Of a stretch of DNA of 64,000 bases, positions 30,568 to 41,400 are shown in pieces; the stretch's first letter is position 1; every line of letters starts with the position of its first letter. The stretch comes from a virus. Its lineage: Duplodnaviria > Caudoviricetes. The notes under the pieces were generated by a model. That model made no database searches, was not told the DNA's origin, and saw nothing but the letters and a program-made list of their open reading frames with translations. The position numbers and the translations under genes were made by a program. The stretch lies in IMG/VR virus record IMGVR_UViG_3300037067_022526, positions 1 through 64,000 of that record; one strand, given 5' to 3'.

Positions 30568-30928
30568 ACTAATCGTTCAACCAAAACGAGTAAAACGAAA
30601 GATAGAAAAAGACCATTATTGGTACGATTCAGAAACAAGACAAATGCTTCATGGGTTCGGCGGTAGAGTAGATTTCTTTTATGATACTAACAAAAGAAAA
30701 TCTATTCCGATAATTACAGACCACGAAGAATGGATTAGCGACAACAATTATGATGATATAAAAAAGTGGGTTTATACCCGAAGCTCTCGGTTTGAAGCAG
30801 ATGTGGTAAACATGGCTATGAATCTGTATATAATAATTGATGTTCCGAGATGGCAATTTGACAATGTTCATGATGATCTGCGTAGGCATGGAATTACGTT
30901 TGATTGGGATGAATCAGATGAAGATTAA
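30557..30928 (+). CDS. hypothetical protein
   Basis: GGAG RBS; overlaps both neighbours. Confidence 0.65.
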   Translation: MKIRLIVQPKRVKRKIEKDHYWYDSETRQMLHGFGGRVDFFYDTNKRKSIPIITDHEEWISDNNYDDIKKWVYTRSSRFEADVVNMAMNLYIIIDVPRWQFDNVHDDLRRHGITFDWDESDED

Positions 30929-31274
30929 AGTGGAAATTGCTGATACTCCATCTCTATTAGCCCACGGTCTAATGGGACGAACCAGTCTAGACAAAAGCTC
31001 TGGCATGTTATTTAAGTTCCAATTTCCAATAGAGGCCAGATTTTGGGGGAAAAATACATATTTACCCCTAGACATTGCTTTTATACACAATAACGCGATT
31101 ACATCAATACAGAAAATAGTTCCCATGTCCACAAAATATGTACATAGCGACGGTGCATGTTCAATGGCGATTGAAGCGAATGCTGGGTTTTTTAAAGAAC
31201 ATAATATTGATGTAGGGCACAAAATCAGGCTAGTTAACCACAACAACGAATATCAGGTGATTTTCGAGGATTAG
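30918..31274 (+). CDS. DUF192 family protein
   Basis: VEIADT...GLMGR...GMLF...FWGKNTYLPLDIAF...IEANAG. Confidence 0.9.
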   Translation: MKIKVEIADTPSLLAHGLMGRTSLDKSSGMLFKFQFPIEARFWGKNTYLPLDIAFIHNNAITSIQKIVPMSTKYVHSDGACSMAIEANAGFFKEHNIDVGHKIRLVNHNNEYQVIFED

Positions 31275-31275
31275 T

Positions 31276-31824
31276 ATGCTTAAGATAACTGGGGCGAATT
31301 TGATTAAGCAACAACAATTCCGCCGGAACAATATCGATGAGAACGATGAAACTATTGGCCAGGACGGGCAACAGGGGGCCATAAACGAAACCAACTATAG
31401 AGATTTTTTATCAGATAATCTAGATGATCCGAAATCTGGGTATTCCCCGATACCAGAAGAAAACGTCGGCATTCCAGATTATTTTGACGAAATTCCAACA
31501 TCAAATGAAGAGTTAGGTGTTCCAGAGGACACCAAAGAAATAGTATATGCCGACAGCATTGATTTAATCAACGATGGAATTGATAATACAGAGATTATTG
31601 GATTTGGATATACCAATAGGCATGGAGCTTACGCGGGATGGAGAACCGTAGAGCCTCACTATACCTTTTCAGCCAGAACAACTGGAAATGACGTTTTAGT
31701 GGCCTTCGATTTAGATGTCGCCGATATTCGAGCATTTATAGTAGGAAATGTTCATCCAAATGGCGTAAGATATGAGAATGTTAAATTTGATCCAAGAGAT
31801 GAAATAATGTCAGGAATTTACTAG
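31276..31824 (+). CDS. stand-alone WYL-domain protein with acidic N-terminus
   Basis: F.YTN..G...RTVEPHY...LVAFD...IRAF. Confidence 0.7.
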   Translation: MLKITGANLIKQQQFRRNNIDENDETIGQDGQQGAINETNYRDFLSDNLDDPKSGYSPIPEENVGIPDYFDEIPTSNEELGVPEDTKEIVYADSIDLINDGIDNTEIIGFGYTNRHGAYAGWRTVEPHYTFSARTTGNDVLVAFDLDVADIRAFIVGNVHPNGVRYENVKFDPRDEIMSGIY

Positions 31825-31843
31825 AGAGCCAAGGAGAAGATCG

Positions 31844-33715
31844 ATGGATATTAGTAATCATTTGTTCGAATTGGCCGATCATTTAGACTCGTTGGGACTT
31901 CAAAAGTGTGCAGACTTGGTAGATGATGTAATTAAATCCAAGTCACTTATTAAGGTTGCCCAATACGTCGGAGTTATCGGTTATGTTCTGAAACAAAATA
32001 GGGCAATGTCTAACTGTATACGAAAGAGCCGGGTTTCATCAGATCTTTCTATGCAAGAGATTGTTTTGGGGTGTCTCAAAGAATATCAGGATGGCCAAGA
32101 TTACCAAAATACAGAATGGCATGCTAAATATGCCCAAACTGTCAAGGCAGAACCTTTATTGTTTAATGAAGCACACCTGCTGCTTTTGGCGGAAATCGGT
32201 AAGCAAAATAACATACCGACACACGTAGAAAATATTAGAAGATTATCGGAATCACTACAAGAGAACGAAATAGACGACTCGGTTATTAGTAAAGTTTTGT
32301 CTCATATCGACACTCTTGGGAATTTACTTCAGCAGGAGGTAACTGATACCCGCCCTTTTAAGGTTTCTGCGGCCCTACCAAAAACAGCTAAATGGGATTG
32401 GTTACGTAGGCTCAACCCATTTGGAAAGGGTCGTAGCACGCAACAGACAGAGTCTAGCGAAGTGGAGTCTGATGATAAGAAGGCTTTATCAGAGGTTAAC
32501 TTAATCCTCGATAAAATTACTTCAATTACACAAATTGGATATCAAACTAAGCACACCATCAATAGGTTGAAGTCGGTAAAAGACTATCTGGCTGGTGTTT
32601 CTCAATATAGAAAAAATCAAGGCACTGTATCAGATACAGATAGGATTGTAGCCCGTAGACTATCTAAAGCAATCGGCAATTTGGATCAAAATTCTTGGAC
32701 CAAAAATATCAGAATATTGCAAGAGCTAAAATGGTCTACTGAAAACCAAAAAGTTCAATCACCAGCCATCAAAAAGTATCTTAACATATCCCAAAAACTA
32801 GCTGATGATCTTTTAAATAATATTGATGTTATTTACGATGAATTGGAAAATATTAACGATACCATGCGGTCATTACGTAAAAGAGAGTCTGTTACTGGCC
32901 AGCGTGGATTTGGATATTCGAATCAAGGCGAAGCGACATCGTCTGAAATAGAATCACTTCAGCAAATAGTTGACTATATAAGCCAGAACCCGCTGGACAC
33001 TAGGGCACATACATTAGCGCAGCGGTCCATTGGCAGAATAACCGACCTATTATATGGAGCGGGGGATGAAATTTCTTATCAATCACCCGCGAATATTCGA
33101 GAACAACTTGAAGAGCTTAAGCAAAGCATACAAACGCCGTCGCCCGCACCGGCACCGGCACCGGCCGCATCAGCAACTACACCTGCACCGGCAGCTCAAC
33201 CAAGTGTTTCTGGAGTTCGGGCTCCACCGCCCAAAGTCACCACAGATACTGCCAAGGTAGATATAATTGCAAAACATTTGGCTGGGTTAATATCCGCAAA
33301 AGAGTTTAATGCCGAACAAGTGCAAACAGTTATTATGGCCATTGCTAAGAATTTAGACAAGTCTTCGCCGATTGTGAATATATTAGAACAAGTATCAAAT
33401 AAGTTAGAATCAAGCAGGGAGAAAAATATAACTTCTGTGCAGAAGTCTAAGACAACTGTACCAATTACTACTCCGATTTCAGTTCCTGGACCTAAAAATC
33501 CCACAAGCCCACTTATAGGTCCTGCCGCAGAGATGCCACCTATTGCGCCACCTACAGTTGCTTCTAAAGTCCCGTTTATTATTAGATTGGCCGATGCAAT
33601 TGATCAAGTGGATAGTGAAGTGGCTAATATTATAGATGAATATATCGAAGGACACATTGACGAAATAGACGCTGCAATTAAATTGCCTAATTATAGTGTT
33701 TTAATTAAAGAATAA
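31844..33715 (+). CDS. putative internal head protein (623 aa)
   Basis: AAGGAG RBS; LAD.LD helical motif at both ends; KVAQ and KTAK; PA-rich linker. Confidence 0.7.
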   Translation: MDISNHLFELADHLDSLGLQKCADLVDDVIKSKSLIKVAQYVGVIGYVLKQNRAMSNCIRKSRVSSDLSMQEIVLGCLKEYQDGQDYQNTEWHAKYAQTVKAEPLLFNEAHLLLLAEIGKQNNIPTHVENIRRLSESLQENEIDDSVISKVLSHIDTLGNLLQQEVTDTRPFKVSAALPKTAKWDWLRRLNPFGKGRSTQQTESSEVESDDKKALSEVNLILDKITSITQIGYQTKHTINRLKSVKDYLAGVSQYRKNQGTVSDTDRIVARRLSKAIGNLDQNSWTKNIRILQELKWSTENQKVQSPAIKKYLNISQKLADDLLNNIDVIYDELENINDTMRSLRKRESVTGQRGFGYSNQGEATSSEIESLQQIVDYISQNPLDTRAHTLAQRSIGRITDLLYGAGDEISYQSPANIREQLEELKQSIQTPSPAPAPAPAASATTPAPAAQPSVSGVRAPPPKVTTDTAKVDIIAKHLAGLISAKEFNAEQVQTVIMAIAKNLDKSSPIVNILEQVSNKLESSREKNITSVQKSKTTVPITTPISVPGPKNPTSPLIGPAAEMPPIAPPTVASKVPFIIRLADAIDQVDSEVANIIDEYIEGHIDEIDAAIKLPNYSVLIKE

Positions 33716-33853
33716 AAAGGTTATGTTGAAAATTTATGTCAATATATTAAAGACTAGTAAATGCGAAATGGTGTATTCGCATAAAAAATATGTTTCCCCA
33801 AAGGGCAATTGCTCTCCCTTGAAGGAATTACAATTGGTTAATAGGAGAAAATC

Positions 33854-34555
33854 ATGAAATTTATTAGCAACAGAATTGTCAATCCAGCTGGCAACAGCCC
33901 GTCATTCGACGATTGGGTAAAACAATTCCTAAAAGAAGCCAGCGACAAGACTGCTGGTCGCGAAGCCGCACCTGAACAGGACGGCGATTCTAGAGGGCAG
34001 GGTCGTGGTCAAGTTATCAACACCGAAGGTGAGGAGGATATGACCAATAATCCTGAATGCCCCGAAGAAGAAATAAGTGCCAGAAAAGATACTGGTGGCA
34101 CTACAGACCAGAAAAAGGAAAAGAAAGAAGCCAGCTGTGGCAAAGAAATGGGCGAAAGCGACGATGCGGGCAAGGTAACCGAGGATCACACCGAGGCCAG
34201 TCCTGGCGATGACGCAAATCCAGAACCAAAAGTTCTAATCAACAATGATCCCAATTATCAGAAGGGCGAATCAGTTGATGGCAAAAAGAACAAGAAAGAA
34301 AAGAAGACAGAATCGAATCTCAAAGTTAGATTCCAAAAAATAGCTACTATGGATCGCATTAGCAAGCTGGTTCTTTTCGCATCCTTATCATCCAACAAAG
34401 AATATCTGATTGGCACAACGCCACTTGGATACGTCGAGGCGATGACTGGATTAAAATTTGCCAACATGACTTCTGAGGAAAAAGAGTGGTTCAAAGATTT
34501 TTGGCTTACCATGTATCCCGCAGAATATGTCGAGCAAATGGTCAAAGATCGATAA
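33854..34555 (+). CDS. putative head-associated protein
   Basis: AGGAG RBS; low-complexity charged sequence; KEAS, KTAG, KIAT. Confidence 0.7.
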   Translation: MKFISNRIVNPAGNSPSFDDWVKQFLKEASDKTAGREAAPEQDGDSRGQGRGQVINTEGEEDMTNNPECPEEEISARKDTGGTTDQKKEKKEASCGKEMGESDDAGKVTEDHTEASPGDDANPEPKVLINNDPNYQKGESVDGKKNKKEKKTESNLKVRFQKIATMDRISKLVLFASLSSNKEYLIGTTPLGYVEAMTGLKFANMTSEEKEWFKDFWLTMYPAEYVEQMVKDR

Positions 34556-34573
34556 ATAACGAGGATTAAAATC

Positions 34574-34981
34574 ATGATTATTCCCGCAGGGAAACATAAA
34601 CACCAAGTTAATCAGGGTGGTCGCAAAAATGAGACCATTATGGACAGTGACATATTTAGTAAATTGGCAGCCGAACTTGGAGCTGTCAAAGATCCAATAG
34701 ACAAACCAGAGGTATCCATAGAAAATCCACAACCAGAACGACCTGACCCATCTGGCTCATCTGACCCATCGATACAAAATGCCGTCGAACAAGGCACTTT
34801 GGCACAGAATGCGCCGCCGAAGCCAGCAGAATCACCTAAATTAGACTGGAAAACTGTTGCGGCCCAAGTCGAAGATTTCGTACAAAAAATTTCAAATGGC
34901 ACTCTTGAGGTAAAAGACCAAAAAAGAGGGCCCGATGGCACATGGACTATAACATTCGGACCAATAGGAGTGGCAAGATAA
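34574..34981 (+). CDS. hypothetical protein
   Basis: GAGG RBS; operon packing. Confidence 0.65.
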   Translation: MIIPAGKHKHQVNQGGRKNETIMDSDIFSKLAAELGAVKDPIDKPEVSIENPQPERPDPSGSSDPSIQNAVEQGTLAQNAPPKPAESPKLDWKTVAAQVEDFVQKISNGTLEVKDQKRGPDGTWTITFGPIGVAR

Positions 34982-35979
34982 TGAAGCTGTCAGGACATTC
35001 ATATAGCAATGACGTATTCGACAGTCTTATGGATAACATTCAAAGTGACGTTATTTATAAAACAAATAAAGTGAGTTCATCAGATTCCCCAATCTCAAGC
35101 ATGGACGTATTTTCTTCCATTACTGAGAACGATTTGCAAGAGATACGGGAAGATATGCGAGGGGATATTATAAACGAACTGCAATTTGCTGCAGATAAAG
35201 CAAACGTTGTCATAGCAAAAGATGATGTCGTTAGGTTTGCAAAAGATGCAGAAAAAGATGGACTAAGAGGCAAAGAGCTTGAACGTGCAGCCCAAAAATT
35301 CTGTAATAAGATTTCCAGCGCAATTGCTCCACCACAAAGTTCATCCCGCAATTCGTCTGAATTACTGCTTACTGCTAATAACTCAGCAGTTATACCTGCC
35401 GGTTACAATCCAGAGCACGGACCCAGTGATTCTAAAACTGGCGGTTATATGGGTATGTCTCAGAATCCTAATACAATTTGGGACTCTGACGCATTAGATA
35501 TTCTTGCACAGAAACAAGCAGGCGATGAACAAATAAAAGAGTCCAAGAAAAATATGGAAGAATTTAAGAAATCTCAGAAAGAGCAGTATTGGGATGAAAT
35601 TCAAAAGCAGGGATCCGATGCTAATGTACTAAAAGAAAAAGTAGCGTCGGTTGCTAATGTTTCAACGTCCGAATCCAGCGCTGGGAACCAGAATCTTCCG
35701 TCCAATTCTATGAGTATTTTTAGTAATGATAGGGATTTTTCCAATATACCAGATTCTACAACGGGTGAATCGATCAAGAAGTCAGCACAGGAAAGAGCCA
35801 ACAAAAAAGAGGCATCTAAATCTGAATGGAATAAAGTTGAACCTGCCAAAAAGGTTGACAATCTCGGCATATTAGATACTCCAGAATCAAAGAATACTAT
35901 TAAAAAGAACAGCCATAGAGAATCTGTTGACCAACTTTTTGAGGGGCTTCTTGAAGCCGGATTCAATCCAGAGAGCTAA
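34981..35979 (+). CDS. hypothetical protein
   Basis: AGGAG RBS; TAATG coupling at 34981. Confidence 0.7.
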   Translation: MKLSGHSYSNDVFDSLMDNIQSDVIYKTNKVSSSDSPISSMDVFSSITENDLQEIREDMRGDIINELQFAADKANVVIAKDDVVRFAKDAEKDGLRGKELERAAQKFCNKISSAIAPPQSSSRNSSELLLTANNSAVIPAGYNPEHGPSDSKTGGYMGMSQNPNTIWDSDALDILAQKQAGDEQIKESKKNMEEFKKSQKEQYWDEIQKQGSDANVLKEKVASVANVSTSESSAGNQNLPSNSMSIFSNDRDFSNIPDSTTGESIKKSAQERANKKEASKSEWNKVEPAKKVDNLGILDTPESKNTIKKNSHRESVDQLFEGLLEAGFNPES

Positions 35980-35983
35980 ACGT

Positions 35984-38233
35984 GTGTTTAATTTGGCAAA
36001 AATTTCAGCTGTCACTCCTGACAATGCTGCCAGAGAAGTAAGAGATGCATTAGACGATACTGAAGATACGCTTAGAAATCAGCAGAATGCCGAAAATGCC
36101 GCAAGTACCAATGATATTGAAAATTCAATTGGTCCCGAAGAACGAGCCACTTTAGATCAATATAGAATTTCTAATTTAGTCAAATCAATTCAACAAATTC
36201 TCTCAGACGATAAATACAGAACAATATCTGCTGCTGTGTATGCAAGGCCAGAGATACAATCTCTTATTGAGTACCAAAATCCCACGGTATTATTGGATAA
36301 AATTAAATCTATGGGGTTGGAAGGTGCAGCAGCAACTCTTGATGCAAGATCTAACGCCCTTGTGCAGCCCCAATTATTGAAAGCTTATTTTGATAGAATG
36401 GCCAGAATACTTGAACGACAAAATCGCAATTTACCTCCGGGCACCATGACTGGGTCTCCCACAGTACAGGGTCTGCCCGCACGAGCATTTAATGCAAAAG
36501 AAATAAGGAGGGGGCAGGTGGAGGCCCCAGATCCGGTGAATGAATTAGACAAGGGAATGTTTATTACGAAGTACCTCCCGATTTTGATTGCCTATAATGC
36601 TAATGATGCAAATAGTCAAGAAAGTATTTTATCAAATGAGGCAAAAAAGGAAATTTTAAGAAAGGTCAGTCGTGGGCTGGAAAATGATGCAAACGATGCA
36701 ATTGAAGCCGTACAACAAATGGACCCAATTAATGACGCTGAAAAGGCCAGAAATCGATTAGAAATATTATATGAAGTATTTATCGCACCGGCCGCTTTTG
36801 ACCCATCAAATACTATGGAGCCTGTAATGAGCACAAAAAATCCAAAAGGTATCATAGCTTTTAACCTTTCAGAATACATTCTGAATAACAAAGCAGAGAC
36901 AAGAGAAACGATGGTAAAAACTGCCGCTGATCAATTCGGGCAGCAATATTTGCTATATGGCCCAACAGAAAAACGTGTTTGTCCCAAGCTTAGAGGCAAA
37001 GGTGGTGGTCAACCTGGAAGCGGTGATGTTGTTTCAGAATATGTCTGTAGACATCACTGTTTAGATGGTATAGTTATTGATGACAATAAAACTATTTGTG
37101 GTGAAGCTCTTTGGCGCGCTAATGTGATGGACAAATATTCCCGCGAATATGTGGACAAGGATGGCAATATAGTTGGCGGATACTTGAATAAGAGATTTGA
37201 AATCAATCGCAATGTACCGGAAGAAAACAAAATGCGATTAAAGCCCGGCGAGATAAGAAAACCGCGTCCACCAGAGATGGGCAACTTGGAATCTCGTATG
37301 CAGGCAATGCGTGCAGCCGAAGGTAAAAAGCGTGGGTATCGTCCAGACACAAACACTGGAGACCCCTTCCGATGGGACACCGATGTAGACCAGAACAATG
37401 TCGAACAAACCCAAGCAGAAAGAGACCGAAGAGAAGAAGCCAGCGGACATAAAACAGTTCAATATACTGATAAGAATAAAATAGAAAATAATCCCAAGAA
37501 AGCGTTTAATCTAAAATCCGTTAAAACTGCCCAAACATTTGAAGATATCAAGTATGATTTTACATCTGGGCAAGAGAAAGCTCGGCAAATGAGTACTGAA
37601 GAATTGCATTTTGCTCTGAAAGATTTAAGAGAAGTAATTAAAATACAAGAAGACGCTCGTCGTGCGGGACATCATGTGCCTAAATTGGGGTATTATTGGG
37701 ACGAACTTCATACTTATGCTCAAGAATTAAAAAACAGACAAAATGCCAATAAATCAAAACAACCTTTAGTGGAACGAACTCCAGAACAAGATGAGTTTGA
37801 ATCGATGTTTGAACCTGAATCTAAATCTAAATCTAAATCAATGCCAACCGACGTAGTTCCCGGTTCTGGTGAAAAACCTAAACCAATGCCATATGGCGGC
37901 GAGCCATATACTGATGAAGAAATGGGACTAGACCAATATACTAAAGACCCATTTGGATATGAACTTTGGGAATGTCCTCGATGTGGAAATACAATAAGCG
38001 AAAAAGATACTAATAAGCACGGGAAAATATTTGATGAGGAGATAGATCTCCATAAATCAAATTGTGGTGATTACGAAGGCCCAATTAACGAACAAGACAG
38101 ATTTAATTTAAGACCAGATTTATATGAACAGCACGAATCGTCTAATAAAACTCCGGTCAAAACTTCTTTTAATCTCAAAGAAGCCAAATCCACCAAGATG
38201 GATAAATTATTAAATATTAAAAAAAAAATTTAG
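35984..38233 (+). CDS. putative internal head protein; possible -1 frameshift extension to 38469
   Basis: likely GTG start giving MFNLAK; repeated FNL and KTA motifs; ends in an A10 run. Confidence 0.75.
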   Translation: MFNLAKISAVTPDNAAREVRDALDDTEDTLRNQQNAENAASTNDIENSIGPEERATLDQYRISNLVKSIQQILSDDKYRTISAAVYARPEIQSLIEYQNPTVLLDKIKSMGLEGAAATLDARSNALVQPQLLKAYFDRMARILERQNRNLPPGTMTGSPTVQGLPARAFNAKEIRRGQVEAPDPVNELDKGMFITKYLPILIAYNANDANSQESILSNEAKKEILRKVSRGLENDANDAIEAVQQMDPINDAEKARNRLEILYEVFIAPAAFDPSNTMEPVMSTKNPKGIIAFNLSEYILNNKAETRETMVKTAADQFGQQYLLYGPTEKRVCPKLRGKGGGQPGSGDVVSEYVCRHHCLDGIVIDDNKTICGEALWRANVMDKYSREYVDKDGNIVGGYLNKRFEINRNVPEENKMRLKPGEIRKPRPPEMGNLESRMQAMRAAEGKKRGYRPDTNTGDPFRWDTDVDQNNVEQTQAERDRREEASGHKTVQYTDKNKIENNPKKAFNLKSVKTAQTFEDIKYDFTSGQEKARQMSTEELHFALKDLREVIKIQEDARRAGHHVPKLGYYWDELHTYAQELKNRQNANKSKQPLVERTPEQDEFESMFEPESKSKSKSMPTDVVPGSGEKPKPMPYGGEPYTDEEMGLDQYTKDPFGYELWECPRCGNTISEKDTNKHGKIFDEEIDLHKSNCGDYEGPINEQDRFNLRPDLYEQHESSNKTPVKTSFNLKEAKSTKMDKLLNIKKKI

Positions 38234-38490
38234 TAAGTAGTCGAGTCAATTCTCTCAAAAATAGCACAATAAAAATTGCTGCTAGTTCTAATTTATTAGC
38301 TTTGTTCAATGGCGACGAAGAAGCACTCGAAGATTTTATTGAGTGCCTAAATCCTAAAGAATTAAGTATAATACAGAGGATTCAAGATGGAGACGCAGAT
38401 CAGCTACGCGTATTCGTAATGCAAATTCAACAAGATGTTGATGAGACTGCTAAATCGTTAGCTATGTAATAAATTGAAAATGAGGTAAAA

Positions 38491-41400
38491 ATGGGAAATA
38501 TTATACTGCCCGATGACCCAAACTGGAAGCAACCATTAATTATGGGAGACCCATTCGAACAAGGTCTCACTCCTAAATCGGCCCAAGAAAAAAGAAATAA
38601 AGAATTTGATAAACAGCGTGAATCTGAGGGAAATGTTTTTAAGTATGCGAATAGTGCAGTAGCACATCATCCTGAACCCTGGTTGAAAAATGCCCAAGTA
38701 ACTGGCGTGTCAAATATGATGACGAACCCAATGTGGTTCTCACCACTGCATACACCTCAGAATTGGCAAATAGCGAGCAAGAGACGTGAAATTTACCAAT
38801 GGAGCTACGTGACCAGTGACAAAAACCCTTGTTATTTGGTTAATTATGGGGATTTTTCCTTAGACGACATAAAAAATGTATATACAAAATGGCAGAATAA
38901 TTTTGCGGATAGAGGTAAAATGTATATACAAAATGACAAAGGCAAGAAGGCGAAGCCCGACATTTGCACTAAGCGATATGTTGAGAAAAAAGCCAATCGT
39001 ATAAAAGTATTAGGCAATCCTCATCCCATCGAAGTAACTCATGACCATAAATGTATAGTTATTAAACGAGAGGATGTAAAATGCCCAAAGGGCATTAGCA
39101 GATCCAAAAATTGTATTTTTCAAGCATGTTCTCCGACCTGCGAAAGAGTCAAATGCAAAGACTACGAGAATAAAAACTATAATATCTCTACCATTAATGC
39201 CGAGGATGTCAAGAAAGGCGACTATGTATTATGTCCATTTCCAACCGAAGTTAAAGAAAGCATTATAAAAACTAAAGAACAAGCTCGATTTGCTGGACAT
39301 TTAGCATCAGACGGATGGATATCTCAAAATAATTTTCCGATAACCAATGTTTGTATGCATCCGGATGAAACTGAATACGTTTTGTCATCTGTATCTCCAG
39401 TTTTTGAGTCTTTTGGTGCTGTTGTAAAACAAGAGTCTTTTGGAAATAATAAAGTAGTAGTTGTCAGAAGCGGGAAAAAATCCTTGCATGAATATAGCAG
39501 TAAATTAGTTAAAGGCAAAAACACGGATAAACATTTTACTGAAGAAGTAATGCTTTTAAACCCAGAACTACAAAAACACGTTTTAGGGGCTTATATACAA
39601 TCAGACGGATCATTTAATAAAACAATAGAACAAATAGAAATAACAACTGTTTCTAAACATTTGGCATATCAATTGCAGATAATGTGCTATCGTAATAAAA
39701 TCCTGGCATTTTGTAGTAAACAACCACGTAGACAAGGAAAAGGGTCGTTTAAAACAACAAATCTGGAATATTATATAGTTAGCATTCCCAAGACATTTGT
39801 ATATACATTACAAGATTATGTTCCAGGTAAAATTCCGGAACGTATATACAAACCTCAGCAAAAGTTAGGTGGTAGTTCGGGTGTTAATTTTATCAAAAAT
39901 GGGAAAAATATCAGTAGAATCTATAATAGATTCTTTTGGAAAAATTATGTCGTAACCCCTGTGGTATCAAACACTTCATTTGACTATAAAGGTGATGTAT
40001 ATGATATAAGGGTACCACCTACTCACGCAATAACCGCCAACGGCATAGCTATTCATCAATGTAGGTTTTTCTACGATTGTTTCACTCCGGATAATTTAGT
40101 TTTAATGGCAAATGGAACCGAAAAATCGATTAGCCAAATTGTTCCAGGAGATATGATCGTAGCCGGTGACGGAAGCATACAGCAAGTAAATAATGTTTTC
40201 AGAAGATGGACTAAAGAAAAAGTTCTTAGTATTCATGTTGCCGGGTCGAATATTCCAATTAAATGTACGACTAATCATAGAATTCCACGAGTATCTAAAG
40301 AATCATGGCAACAAAGTTGTGAAACAACCCCATCCGAGCGAAGAAAACGAGAAAGAAAAGAATCATTTGGAGAAACATCGCTAGAAGAAACATTCGATTC
40401 AGCCGACACTTTGTCCACAAGTTCGTATCTTTTTACTCCGCAATCTTCAATTGGAACTGGAATGGGTTGGGATTTACGAAAATGCTATCTATTAGGTGCT
40501 TTCACTGCAGAAGGAAGTTATTTTTATTACAATTATAAACCTACAAATAAACACACTCCAAAAGGTGTAAGATTTTCCATAAATTCAAATGAGATAGGTG
40601 ATGAAAATAAATTTGGAAATAGAATACAAAATTATTTATCAATCTTCCAAAATCATAAAGTTAGTACAACATATAACGGAAATTGTGCCGAAATAAGAGC
40701 TACTGATAAAAATCTAGCAAATGAAATAATGGAGTTTTGTGGGCATGGAGCAACCCAAAAAAGCATAACTGGTCAATTCATATCACAAGCAAACAAGGAA
40801 GAACTGCTTTCATTTTTAGCTGGATTTATTGATGGAGATGGTTGTTATAGTACTACTATGGGATGTCAGATCATTACTCATAGTGATGATCTGGCATCAC
40901 AAATTGCTTTTATCTGTGAGAAATTGGGTATTACATTTTCGACAACAACCACTAACAATATTAGAAAAAATAATAACTTTAAGGGACACAATATACGTAT
41001 TTCTCGATTCGCATGTGAAATCTTAAAGCCTTATTCGGTTAAAATTAATAATTTAGACACAAATCATACTAAATTTAGAGAATATCTGTTTATCAATAAC
41101 AAGTTGTATCGAAAAGTTAATAAGATATCTGAGTCAACCTATGAGGGGTGGGTATATGATTTGGAAATTGATAAAGTCCATAGTTATTGCGTAAACAGAT
41201 GTGTTGTTCATAATTCGGAGCCGAAGGTCGCTGCTGCAATAGACTTCTACTGCTTTACTCCTGATACTCAAATACTAATGTCCGATGGAACTCAAAAGTC
41301 TATTTCTTCTATTATGCCTGGTGAAATAGTGCGATCACATACTGGAAAAGCGAATAAAGTATTGAGAACTTTTAGCAGGCAATCCAGTGAAGATATTTTA

